Shown here piece by piece: positions 29,170-38,655 of a DNA stretch of 64,000 nt (positions are counted from its first letter, which is position 1; every line of letters starts with the position of its first letter). Source of the stretch: a bacterium (GTDB lineage: Bacteria; Patescibacteriota; Minisyncoccia; Phycocordibacterales; UBA9973). The position numbers and the translations under genes were made by a program. Location of the stretch: positions 11 to 64,010 of the forward strand of contig JBAXXQ010000002.1 of assembly GCA_037127795.1 (NCBI GenBank), written 5' to 3'. The notes under the pieces were generated by a model. The model was not told the origin of the DNA. It saw only the letters and a program-made list of their open reading frames with translations, and did no database searches.

Positions 29170-30729
29170 ATGAAAAAGATTATTATATCTTTAGTTAGTC
29201 TTGCAGTAGTTGCAATTAGTATTTCATCCTGCTCAAAAACAGCAGATGGTGGGAGTACAACACCTCCGGTAGAAAAAACAAAAGCAACAATTGTTGCAAA
29301 TCAGTCAAGTAATACTGTCTCAACTGGTGATACGGTATTACTGGGAAACTACACCTATACAGTAGTAGATTCTGCAAACGTTAGTAACGTACATGCGCTG
29401 ATAACAGGCACAAGTAGTACAAACATAAGTAATGTGTTTGCTACGATTATTCAAAACGGAAATGTTTTATATAACTTACCGTTGAGTAGTTATGGAAACC
29501 AGGGAGCGAATACGCAACAAGACTTTTTGTTTAGTTGGGGGAAAAATACTTTTCCTGGTGTGTATACAGTGAATGTATATGCTCGCGTTACTAGCAGTGC
29601 TACCAAAGATTCTATTACAACCATTCTTATGTTTGATTGTAATAGTATTGATGGATTAACTTCGTATGGTACTTCAACAAGTAATGCTTCTGTAAAAGAT
29701 ATTTTTGTAAATGGAAATTTGCTGGTATCCGTATCACCAAATACTCCTATTACAAAAAATGTACAAGCAGGACAAACAATTGAAAGTACTCGCATTATGA
29801 TTTCTGCTATTGGTAAAGATTACAGTCCTTCATATATGGAGGTTGTTGTGACAAACCCTGCAATGGTAGGTAGTATTATCTTACAAGATAGTAAAGGAAC
29901 TAAATTGGGTACAGGAAGTATTGCAAATGGTATTGCAAAAATTTCTGTAAGTAATTTTAAGGTTCTAAAAAATACTACAGATTCAGTAATGGTGTTTATG
30001 CAATTAAATACTATTTCATCTCAAACAGGTGTTATGGTAGGAACTACTGTAACAACTGCTACGTATGTAGATAATTTTGGTAAAACAATTATTGATCAAA
30101 ATGATTATGCTGGTAATGGTATGTATGTGTATAAAACCTTGTTTTCAATAACAGGAAATAACACAACAAAACAAATTACACCAGGTGTTGCTATGTCGTT
30201 ATACGATATGACGATACGAGGTACAGGTACATTAAAACAAATTACCTACAAAATTACATGGAATCAAAAAGGTACAGATACTCTCAAGATTCCACTACAA
30301 TTTTTTGAAGGTAATACTAATGTTACAAATGTAGTTTATTTCACCAATCAAAACGGTGATACTATTACGTATGCTACGCCGACAACCACTGCAATCACCG
30401 TAACGTATATGTCTGGACTTGAAGAGTCTCAGATATCTAGCTCAACAGAATATATCTTAAAAGGTATTTGTGTTGGATTTAATACAAACGGTAGTGGTGT
30501 TCGTGTTGATCTTGTGTTGGATGCGCAGTATGTGAATCCTGGTGCCATAAGTTATGTTTCGTATCTTAAGCAATTTCAAGTTTCTTTGAATGGAACAGTT
30601 CCAGCTTTATTACTTAGTGACGCAAGCGCTGCAGGACATAATGCAGTACCTGGGCTTAGTACTACTGATTGGTTTTCTTCGTATCTTATCGATGCGAAGA
30701 ATATGGTATCAAGTACTATATTCAAATAA
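29170..30729 (+). CDS. putative lipoprotein, Thr/Ser/Asn-rich and beta-strand-rich
   Basis: MKKII-hydrophobic-ISSC-SK lipobox-like N-terminus. Confidence 0.75.
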   Translation: MKKIIISLVSLAVVAISISSCSKTADGGSTTPPVEKTKATIVANQSSNTVSTGDTVLLGNYTYTVVDSANVSNVHALITGTSSTNISNVFATIIQNGNVLYNLPLSSYGNQGANTQQDFLFSWGKNTFPGVYTVNVYARVTSSATKDSITTILMFDCNSIDGLTSYGTSTSNASVKDIFVNGNLLVSVSPNTPITKNVQAGQTIESTRIMISAIGKDYSPSYMEVVVTNPAMVGSIILQDSKGTKLGTGSIANGIAKISVSNFKVLKNTTDSVMVFMQLNTISSQTGVMVGTTVTTATYVDNFGKTIIDQNDYAGNGMYVYKTLFSITGNNTTKQITPGVAMSLYDMTIRGTGTLKQITYKITWNQKGTDTLKIPLQFFEGNTNVTNVVYFTNQNGDTITYATPTTTAITVTYMSGLEESQISSSTEYILKGICVGFNTNGSGVRVDLVLDAQYVNPGAISYVSYLKQFQVSLNGTVPALLLSDASAAGHNAVPGLSTTDWFSSYLIDAKNMVSSTIFK

Positions 30730-30775
30730 TCTTTTTCATTTTGTTTTATTGAATGTTTTAAGTTCTTCTTAAGGC

Positions 30776-30808
30776 AAAGACCTTCTGTTTCTACAGAAGG
30801 TCTTTTTT
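30776..30808. terminator. bidirectional terminator
   Basis: aaagaccttctgt-ttct-acagaaggtcttt. Confidence 0.7.
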
Positions 30809-30816
30809 ATTACCTG

Positions 30817-32988
30817 TTATTCAAAGTGTAGTCTTCCTATATCTGCAATCTTTTCGAGTAGTGCTGGGTAGTTTTCGAGTGTTTCATTCTTCTCTATAAT
30901 ATCAATTGCAGATTTTCGGGCGAGTTCTACAAGGCGAGGATTTTTTAATGATTCCATACCGATATCGCTCATACCCCATTGTTTACTACCGACAAGTTCT
31001 CCTGCGCCGCGCATATCGAGATCGTACTCTGCAAGTTCAAAACCGTTTTTTGCTTGTAAGAATCGCTTGAGACGTTCCACACTTTTTTCATTTGTTGTTT
31101 CACTAAAGAGATAACAGTATGGTTGGTGTGCGCTACGCATAACACGGCCGCGAAGCTGGTGTAATTGCGAAAGTCCAAAACGCTCTGAACCTTCGATGAT
31201 AATACTTGTTGCATTAGGTACATTGATACCAACTTCAACCACTGATGTTGCGACGAGGATATCGATATGTCCTTCAGCAAAAGATTCCATAGTTGCTTCC
31301 TTTTTTTCTTTGGTCATTTTGCTGTGGAGTATACCAATACGGTATGTAGGGAATACATACTCTTGGAGACGTTTTGCTTCGCTTACTACAGACTTCATAA
31401 TCATTACTTGTGCATCTTCTGGATCTGATTCATTGATGCGAGGGCAGATAATATATGCTTGGCGCCCCTCTGCAAGAAGACTGCGCATATGCTCGTATGC
31501 TTTTTCTCTTTCACTTGGTGCTGTCGCGTAGCTAGTGATAATAGGCTTTCTATTTTTAGGCATTTCATCTATGACACTGAGATCGAGGTTACCATAGACA
31601 GTGAGTGCGAGAGAGCGAGGGATAGGAGTAGCTGTCATCGAAAGGAAGTGCGGATAGTGTGTATCTTTTTTTGCCAATGCTTGACGCTGTGCGAGTCCAA
31701 AGCGATGTTGTTCATCGATAATCACCAGTGCTAAATGTTTGAATACGAGTGTTTTTTGAATCAATGCGTGGGTCCCGATGACGATAGGAATTTCACCATT
31801 TGCAATCCATTTTTTGAGTTGTGGTTTTGAAATAGTGGTCCATGGGGTCTGGCTCGATGCGACCTTGGTAGGGAATTTGCGACAGCCACTTCCGGTAATA
31901 AGTGCTATTTGCATACCTGTGTGTGCAAACATTTCTACAAAACTTTCGAAGTGTTGTGTTGCAAGAAGTTCTGTCGGAGCCATGTACGCAACTTGTAAAT
32001 TACCAAAACTTTGTTTTTTGTCGTCTACACCCGGGCGAGACATACTAGTCAGATATGCAGCTACAGCGGCGACAGCGGTCTTACCACTTCCTACATCACC
32101 TTCGAGAAGGCGAGACATAGGCGAATCCTTCATCAAGTCTGCTGCAATATCTGCAATACAGCGAGCCTGAGCATCACTAGGAGTAAAAGGAAAACGCGAT
32201 ACAATGTCTTGTATTTTTTTATCATCAGCGATGACTTGATAGGCTGATTGTTTTTGTAAACTCTTTTTTTCTTTTTGAAATGAAACTTGTATAGAAAATA
32301 ATTCTTCAAAAGAAAATCGTTTTCGCGCAATGAGTGCATCATCTTTTGTCTTGGGTGTGTGTATCCAAATAAGTGCTGAGTATAAGGGTGGGAGAGAGTA
32401 TTGTTCGCGATATTCTTGAGGTATAGGATCGAGAATGTCTTGCATTTGCGGGAGGATTTTTGCTATTGCATGGGTGATCCATAAACTAGAAACATGCTTT
32501 GTTTCTTTATATATTGGGGTCAGTGTTGTCGTGTCTGTTGTAGCAAAAAGTGAATCAATACTATCTATGGCGAGTACTTTTTCTTTTTGTATAGTAGGGT
32601 TGATGATGGTGAATTTACCATTTTTTTCACTTACTTTTCCAGAGAGTGCAATATTTTGCCCAACAGAAAACATCTTGCCTATATAGGGTTGATTGAGCCA
32701 GAGTACTTCGATAGAGCCACTCATGTCGGTGACGGTTGCGTATGTCGCAGGGATACGAGATGTAAATGTTTTTTTGGTTTGGATTTTTTGAATAGTGCCG
32801 TGAATGGTGATTGGTGTATCAGTAGTTGCGTGCTCGATAGAGACATACTCGCTTGCATCTGCGTAGCGAGTAGGGAAATGATACAACAAATCACCGACCG
32901 TATGGAGGCCGAGTTTTGTAAGACCTATTTTGATATCTGGCTTGATATGAAGACAGGTAGTAAGTGGTGTCTTGATATTGAGCGCCAT
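30817..32988 (-). CDS. recG: ATP-dependent DNA helicase RecG
   Basis: LLEGDVGSGKT, IIDEQHRFG, TATPIPRSL, QLHQLRGRV. Confidence 0.96.
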   Translation of the reverse strand: MALNIKTPLTTCLHIKPDIKIGLTKLGLHTVGDLLYHFPTRYADASEYVSIEHATTDTPITIHGTIQKIQTKKTFTSRIPATYATVTDMSGSIEVLWLNQPYIGKMFSVGQNIALSGKVSEKNGKFTIINPTIQKEKVLAIDSIDSLFATTDTTTLTPIYKETKHVSSLWITHAIAKILPQMQDILDPIPQEYREQYSLPPLYSALIWIHTPKTKDDALIARKRFSFEELFSIQVSFQKEKKSLQKQSAYQVIADDKKIQDIVSRFPFTPSDAQARCIADIAADLMKDSPMSRLLEGDVGSGKTAVAAVAAYLTSMSRPGVDDKKQSFGNLQVAYMAPTELLATQHFESFVEMFAHTGMQIALITGSGCRKFPTKVASSQTPWTTISKPQLKKWIANGEIPIVIGTHALIQKTLVFKHLALVIIDEQHRFGLAQRQALAKKDTHYPHFLSMTATPIPRSLALTVYGNLDLSVIDEMPKNRKPIITSYATAPSEREKAYEHMRSLLAEGRQAYIICPRINESDPEDAQVMIMKSVVSEAKRLQEYVFPTYRIGILHSKMTKEKKEATMESFAEGHIDILVATSVVEVGINVPNATSIIIEGSERFGLSQLHQLRGRVMRSAHQPYCYLFSETTNEKSVERLKRFLQAKNGFELAEYDLDMRGAGELVGSKQWGMSDIGMESLKNPRLVELARKSAIDIIEKNETLENYPALLEKIADIGRLHFE

Positions 32989-32995
32989 ATGAGAT

Positions 32996-33352
32996 TTAGA
33001 GTTCTTGGACTCGTTCTACAATTTCATCAAGAGTAAATTGGGCTTTGATCATAAAATCTGTTGCACCAAGATTTTTTGCTTTTTCTATATCAGCAGCTGT
33101 GCCAAGATTTGAAAATACGATAATAGGAATATTTTTGGTTGCTTCGTTGTGGCGAGCTTTGGTCAAAAGGGTAAAGCCGTCTGTTTCAGGGAGCATGAGA
33201 TCGAGCAAAATACATTCTGGATCCTTTTTAAGCTCAGTATCAAATTCTTCTTCAGATGAGGCATAGGTTACATCAAATCCTTTTTTATTGAACTTGGTAA
33301 CTTCCATATTTTTGAGAAATGTGTCGTCTTCTACAATAAGTAATTTTTTCAT
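32996..33352 (-). CDS. single-domain response regulator receiver
   Basis: VEDD, LLDLMLP, SN, IKA. Confidence 0.92.
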   Translation of the reverse strand: MKKLLIVEDDTFLKNMEVTKFNKKGFDVTYASSEEEFDTELKKDPECILLDLMLPETDGFTLLTKARHNEATKNIPIIVFSNLGTAADIEKAKNLGATDFMIKAQFTLDEIVERVQEL

Positions 33353-33375
33353 ATAGGCTATTGTAGCATATTGCC

Positions 33376-34116
33376 CTAAGAAACTGTACTAGGAAGGACA
33401 AGGGTAAACGTAGTCCCTATAGACTCTTTACTATGGCAGAGAAGTGTCCCATTGTGATGTTTTGCAATCATATAGGCAGTATAAAGCCCAAGACCACTCC
33501 CAACACTTTCTTTTTCTTTTGCATTTGTTGCACGGAAGAATTTACCAAAGAGTTGTTCTTGTTCTTTTTCTGGGATACCAATACCGTGATCACGAACAAT
33601 AATATTGATGTTTTTTGTATCTTGTGTAAGCGCTACTTCGACACCTTCACCTTTGTTACTATATTTAAGTGCATTACTAAATAGGTTTTCAAGAAGGATT
33701 TTGATCTTATCTATATCGATATGTGCGATAATTTCTTTTTGTGGTTTGGTGAACAAAATAGGGACACCGCGTTTGAAACTTTCACTAGAAAATTCTGCAA
33801 TAATAGCATCGACTACTGATACAAGATTTGCTTCAACAATATTGTATGAAATATGCATATCATCGTTTTGACTAAAATTGATCAAATCAGTAACAATTTC
33901 GATAAGGTGTTCGTTTTGTGAAAATCCTTGCGTCAATGCATTTTTTTGTTCGTCAGTAATAGGACCAAAATCACTATCGAGGAACATACTAAGCATCCAT
34001 TTTTGTGCGGTGAGTGATGTGCGGAGCTCATGTGCGACCAAAGACATCACCTCACGCTTGTTTTGGTTTTCTTGTTCAAGCTTTTCTATTTTTTGTAAGA
34101 GTTCTTCTGGATTCAT
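33376..34116 (-). CDS. sensor-less histidine kinase
   Basis: AHELRTSLT, NALKYS, DHGIGIP, GSGLGL. Confidence 0.92.
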   Translation of the reverse strand: MNPEELLQKIEKLEQENQNKREVMSLVAHELRTSLTAQKWMLSMFLDSDFGPITDEQKNALTQGFSQNEHLIEIVTDLINFSQNDDMHISYNIVEANLVSVVDAIIAEFSSESFKRGVPILFTKPQKEIIAHIDIDKIKILLENLFSNALKYSNKGEGVEVALTQDTKNINIIVRDHGIGIPEKEQEQLFGKFFRATNAKEKESVGSGLGLYTAYMIAKHHNGTLLCHSKESIGTTFTLVLPSTVS

Positions 34117-34187
34117 AGAGTGACTAGTATATCATAGAAAAACCTCCCTGTGTTACCAGGGAGGTTTTTGTCTAAGAGGTCAATATC

Positions 34188-34682
34188 TTATTGTTTTTTC
34201 AATGCTTGGAGCTCTGCTTTTTTATCAGCAATAGCTTTCTTTTTTGCATCAAGTGCTGCTTTTTTCTCAGCTTTTATTTTTTCTTGTGCAGCCTTCTTTT
34301 CTGCGGCTTTTGCAATACGAGCATCAGAGGCAACCTTTTTTGCAGCATCAAGTGCAGCTTTCATTGCGTCTTGATCTGTTTTGATTTTTGCTTGATCAGC
34401 AACGATAGCTGTTTTGAGTGTTGCAATTTTTGCTGTGTCTTTTGCTTTTTTTGCATCCATAAGTGCTGCACGATCAGCTTTGAGAGTTGCACGATCATCT
34501 GTTACAAGTTTCTTTGCAGCTACGTATGCAGCATCATCTGTTGCTTTTGGTACTGTTGTAGTTGCTGGAGCAGAAATTACTACAGGAGTTGCTGTTGTAT
34601 TTGCATCTTGTGCGTATGATGTAGTGAGAGCAGCAAATGCAATTGCGGGAATTGCAAGAGACATAATAAGTTGTTTTTTCAT
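34188..34682 (-). CDS. secreted Ala/Lys-rich coiled-coil protein
   Basis: Signal peptide; AKK/DAKK-rich; hairpin at 34138-34169 downstream. Confidence 0.75.
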   Translation of the reverse strand: MKKQLIMSLAIPAIAFAALTTSYAQDANTTATPVVISAPATTTVPKATDDAAYVAAKKLVTDDRATLKADRAALMDAKKAKDTAKIATLKTAIVADQAKIKTDQDAMKAALDAAKKVASDARIAKAAEKKAAQEKIKAEKKAALDAKKKAIADKKAELQALKKQ

Positions 34683-34835
34683 ATTGTGTATATTGAGCTA
34701 CATTTACTAGTAAAGACTATCAACTGCAGCATTTGATAAGTCCATGTATATAGTATATCAGATATGGTGGCGAGGCTTTCCACAATACAAAAACCTCCCC
34801 AAAAGGGGAGGTTTTTGTATGAATTGAGTACCTAA

Positions 34836-35096
34836 TTAGTTACGCTTTTCACTTGGGCGAGCGATATCTACGAAGATTGTTCGTCCGTCAAATTCTGTGT
34901 TGTTGAGCTTTGAAACAGCTGCTTGTGCTTCTGCTTCTGTAGAAAATTCTACGAAACCGAAACCTTTTGATTTGCCTGTCATTTTATCAAAAATAACATT
35001 TGCACTTGTAACGTTTCCAACTTGAGCAAAATAGTCTTTTAATGCTTGGTTGTCTGTTTTGAAAGGCAAGCTTCCAACGAATACTTTATTTAACAT
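34836..35096 (-). CDS. RRM RNA-binding protein
   Basis: VFVGSL (RNP2), KGFGFVEF (RNP1); terminator at 34785-34820. Confidence 0.95.
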   Translation of the reverse strand: MLNKVFVGSLPFKTDNQALKDYFAQVGNVTSANVIFDKMTGKSKGFGFVEFSTEAEAQAAVSKLNNTEFDGRTIFVDIARPSEKRN

Positions 35097-35171
35097 GAAT
35101 TTTTTTTGTTTTGTTTAAACGCAACGTACGGTATTAAGTAGTACATTACTGGGTTTCAGTGTATCACAGGC

Positions 35172-36023
35172 TTATTGTTTTGGGAAATAGTCCGTCAATA
35201 CGTCGCTGTTGTAAATAAGGGTGCCAAGCTCACCAAATGCGTAGTTTTTGCCACCGAGCGTGATAGTAGATCCACCGATAATAGGGTTGGTATTTGGATT
35301 TGAATTTCCAAAGCCAGTATTAAAAATTGTAATACTGATACCAGGGGTGAGTGCATCACCGAGAGAAGCATTATTCCACTGTGCTTGTACTTCTTTGAGG
35401 AAAAGTGCCGTGTATAAATATGAGTAATAGTGATTGTGTGCATCGGTAAGACGATCATAGAGTACTGTATCGTGTATATCAGTAGGATTGTATGCGATGA
35501 GATTCGCCATGTCAGCGCCAGGGTAGAATGCACTATGGGTATCTTTGAGATGGTTTTCTATAGCAGTCGCAGTGTCTTGTTTGATACCAGAAACACCGAG
35601 TGAGAATTTTGAAAGAGAGCCGAGAATTTTTAATGGTTCAAAATATTTTTTGAAACTTTCTCTATTTGAAGTAAAAAAGCGTAGTTGTTCTGGTGTCACA
35701 GTAGAGATAATAAGTCGAGCGGGAACACCTGTCTCGTGTGAGACGCGAGTAATAATATCTTTGTCTTTGATAAGTCCTGCTTGTACGACATTCCATTCTG
35801 GTGTTTGGTCCCAATCGCAGACAGTACTTGTGTCATTGCAAGGAGTAGTTTTTACGGAAGTTTTTTGAGCACTTTTGAAAAAACTATCACGCTCGACACT
35901 TGACCCTCGGACATTAAATACGCCCCAATGCATACCGATATAGACGCTTGTAGTTGCAAGGCCGATAAGTGCAAATACCACAATGAGTATTTTGCCAAAA
36001 ATAATAAGATAGTTCTTTATCAT
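35172..36023 (-). CDS. membrane-anchored protein, possible lysozyme/transglycosylase-like fold
   Basis: N-terminal TM; VPARLIISTVTPEQ, SLGVSGIK and TIFNTG resemble lysozyme-like motifs. Confidence 0.55.
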   Translation of the reverse strand: MIKNYLIIFGKILIVVFALIGLATTSVYIGMHWGVFNVRGSSVERDSFFKSAQKTSVKTTPCNDTSTVCDWDQTPEWNVVQAGLIKDKDIITRVSHETGVPARLIISTVTPEQLRFFTSNRESFKKYFEPLKILGSLSKFSLGVSGIKQDTATAIENHLKDTHSAFYPGADMANLIAYNPTDIHDTVLYDRLTDAHNHYYSYLYTALFLKEVQAQWNNASLGDALTPGISITIFNTGFGNSNPNTNPIIGGSTITLGGKNYAFGELGTLIYNSDVLTDYFPKQ

Positions 36024-36074
36024 AGTGCTACTATAAACGAAAAAGTGTTTTTTGTCATACAGGTAATTAAAAAA

Positions 36075-36104
36075 GCCGGTTTGTGTTTTAAAACACAAAC
36101 CGGC
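36075..36104 (-). terminator. perfect palindrome terminator
   Basis: gccggtttgtgttttaaaacacaaaccggc. Confidence 0.65.
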
Positions 36105-36125
36105 CACCTTCCTGGAAGGATTTAA

Positions 36126-36575
36126 TTAAATTGATCTAATGTACTCTACAGGTTTTTGTATTACCCATGAAAAAACCATTATATATAAAACTGAAAATAA
36201 TGCGTCTGGTATTATATTAATAAGACCATGGTAGCTAATATTTCCCAGTAATGGATATATAATCATCTGGGCAATGAATGCTCCAATAGGGAGAGTTACA
36301 AAAAATGCTGCAAATTTCATAAATGCTCTAATTTCTGAATTTTTTTCGTTTTTTGATTTATACCAAATAAACAAACCGGCACTCATTCCCATAATGATTA
36401 TTATTCCTACTAAAGGAATGGTGAAAATGTGTAGTATTTTTTTTGTCTCTGTATTTGTAATATAGAGAGAAATTAAATCACTAGCTGATCCGATTATAAA
36501 TACAGAAATTAAAAATATTGATACTAGTTTTTTGCAAACTGTAGAATACTTAAAGAAGAAGATAATCTTTTTCAT
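36126..36575 (-). CDS. hypothetical 4-TM membrane protein
   Basis: Four hydrophobic segments; promoter module copy D at 36610-36641. Confidence 0.65.
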   Translation of the reverse strand: MKKIIFFFKYSTVCKKLVSIFLISVFIIGSASDLISLYITNTETKKILHIFTIPLVGIIIIMGMSAGLFIWYKSKNEKNSEIRAFMKFAAFFVTLPIGAFIAQMIIYPLLGNISYHGLINIIPDALFSVLYIMVFSWVIQKPVEYIRSI

Positions 36576-36609
36576 AATTGTTATTTTATTGTGGAGAACT
36601 TGTTATAAG

Positions 36610-36641
36610 TATATAATAGCATATTTTCAATTAAAAGTCAA
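36610..36641 (-). promoter_or_regulatory. shared promoter module, partial copy D
   Basis: ttgacttttaattgaaaatatgctattatata; 28/32 identical to copy A. Confidence 0.6.
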
Positions 36642-36701
36642 TCATACAAAAACCCCTTAATATAAGGGGTTTTTGAGGTATATAGAAGAAATATCGTCTA
36701 A

Positions 36702-37145
36702 TTATGCTTTTGGAGCAACGTCTGCATCGATACATGCAGGGCATGTACTACAGCCACAAATACGTGCTACGAGAGAGTATTTGCCACCTCCAGAAAGGAA
36801 GAGTGAGAGTGCTGAGAAGAAAAGGATAAAAGGTGTCATTACCATGTTGATATTGTTGTGTACTACATACACTGCAACAAGCATAGTAATAGCGAGCAAT
36901 GCAGCTGCGAGGCGTGTCCATGCACCGAGTACAATAGCGATACCACCGATAAGTTCTGTGAATGATACGATGTATGTCCAGAATGCATTGAAGCCCATTT
37001 GTGCAAACATACCTACAGTGATTTGAAGGTGACTTACTTTTTCCCATCCTGCGAGAATAAATACTGCACCAAAACCGATGCGAAGTACAAGGAGCCCTAT
37101 GTCGTTATTTACCCATGTACATTTTTTAACAATTGAATTAAACAT
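36702..37145 (-). CDS. DoxX family membrane protein
   Basis: LLVLRIGFG...GWEK...ELIGG...GAWTRLAA...GGGKYSL. Confidence 0.9.
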   Translation of the reverse strand: MFNSIVKKCTWVNNDIGLLVLRIGFGAVFILAGWEKVSHLQITVGMFAQMGFNAFWTYIVSFTELIGGIAIVLGAWTRLAAALLAITMLVAVYVVHNNINMVMTPFILFFSALSLFLSGGGKYSLVARICGCSTCPACIDADVAPKA

Positions 37146-37205
37146 AATTATCTTACTTATTTTTTTAATTTATTAATACGAGCGATTATACCACAGAGAG
37201 GATTT

Positions 37206-37388
37206 TTAAATCCAATGGATCAAATATGCGATAAAAAGTATTGCGCCAAGGAGGCCGAGTAGTGGTTGTATTCGTGAGAGAATACCGATAATAACAACAG
37301 CGATAACTACTTTTACCCACCCAAGTACCAAGAGAGAAGCCCAGATCGTTTGCAAAAGTGTTTGAATGATTGTTTGTATGCTTGTCAT
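37206..37388 (-). CDS. small membrane protein
   Basis: 60-aa hydrophobic ORF, TATACT shortly upstream of the ATG. Confidence 0.5.
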   Translation of the reverse strand: MTSIQTIIQTLLQTIWASLLVLGWVKVVIAVVIIGILSRIQPLLGLLGAILFIAYLIHWI

Positions 37389-37442
37389 ATAGCTATAAGT
37401 ATATATTGCACCAAAACAAAAGCAATAGCGTATACTATATAC

Positions 37443-38591
37443 ATGAATACAGATATATATGCGGCATCACTTGCGTTGCACAAAAAAAATAAAGGAAAGC
37501 TCGAGACAGTAAGTAAGGTACGACTTGATTCAAAAGAGATTCTTTCGCTCGCGTATAGTCCGGGGGTCGCAGAAGTATCTCGTGAGATTGCACGCGATCC
37601 AAACCTTGCTCGTGAATACACACTCAAAGGCAACACTATTGCTATTGTCTCAGACGGCTCAGCTATTTTAGGGCTTGGCAATCTCGGAGCGCTCGCTGCT
37701 ATTCCTGTGATGGAGGGCAAAGCCGCAATATTCAAAGAGTTTGCTGGAGTGGATGCATTCCCTATATGTCTCGACACACAAGATACTGAAGAAATTATTT
37801 CTATTGTAAAAAAAATCGCACCAGTGTTTGGTGGAATCAATCTCGAAGATATCGCAGCGCCTCGTTGTTTTGAAATTGAAGAGCGCTTGCGTAAAGAATT
37901 ATCTATTCCTGTAATGCACGATGATCAATGGGGTGCAGCGACAGTGACTCTCGCGGGAGTAATCAATTCGCTCAAGCTTATTGGCAAAACAAAAGAAGAA
38001 GTGAAAGTGGTGCTCAGTGGTATTGGTGCTGCAGGAGTAGCGACAGCACGACTACTTTTGATATATGGTATTACCAATATTGTTTTTTGTGATAGTAAAG
38101 GAATAATTTTTGATGGTCGCACAGACATAACCAAAGAAAAACAAGAACTTCTCAATGGTAGTAGTGCATCTCCCGTAGAAGGAGACCTCGCTATGGCAGT
38201 ACAAGACGCAGATATCTTTATTGGCCTTTCAAAACCAGGGGTTTTGACGCCTGATATGGTCCGTTCTATGGGGCCAAAGCCTGTGATTTTTGCTCTCGCA
38301 AACCCAACTCCGGAGATAATGCCTGACATAGCAAAAGAGTCTGGTGTATTTATTGTCGCTACTGGCCGCAGTGATTTTCCAAATCAAGTGAACAACTCAC
38401 TCGTATTCCCAGGTGCATTCAAAGGCATGCTCGAAGCAAATATTCCACAATTCAAAAATGAAATGTTTAGTATCATTGCGCAAGCACTCGCAGATTTTGT
38501 AGAAAATCCGACACCCGAAAAAATAATTCCTTCGATGTGGGACGCGGGTATAGTAGAGCTTGTTTCTAGTGTAGTAAAAAACTTCTCGTAA
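37443..38591 (+). CDS. NAD(P)-dependent malic enzyme
   Basis: AYSPGVA, VMEGKA, NLEDIAAP, HDDQWG, ATGRSDFPNQVNN. Confidence 0.95.
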   Translation: MNTDIYAASLALHKKNKGKLETVSKVRLDSKEILSLAYSPGVAEVSREIARDPNLAREYTLKGNTIAIVSDGSAILGLGNLGALAAIPVMEGKAAIFKEFAGVDAFPICLDTQDTEEIISIVKKIAPVFGGINLEDIAAPRCFEIEERLRKELSIPVMHDDQWGAATVTLAGVINSLKLIGKTKEEVKVVLSGIGAAGVATARLLLIYGITNIVFCDSKGIIFDGRTDITKEKQELLNGSSASPVEGDLAMAVQDADIFIGLSKPGVLTPDMVRSMGPKPVIFALANPTPEIMPDIAKESGVFIVATGRSDFPNQVNNSLVFPGAFKGMLEANIPQFKNEMFSIIAQALADFVENPTPEKIIPSMWDAGIVELVSSVVKNFS

Positions 38592-38655
38592 TCCACAAAA
38601 AAAGCTTTCATTAATTTACTTTTTCTAGTAAAATATAAGGGACGTTTGTCGTTTC

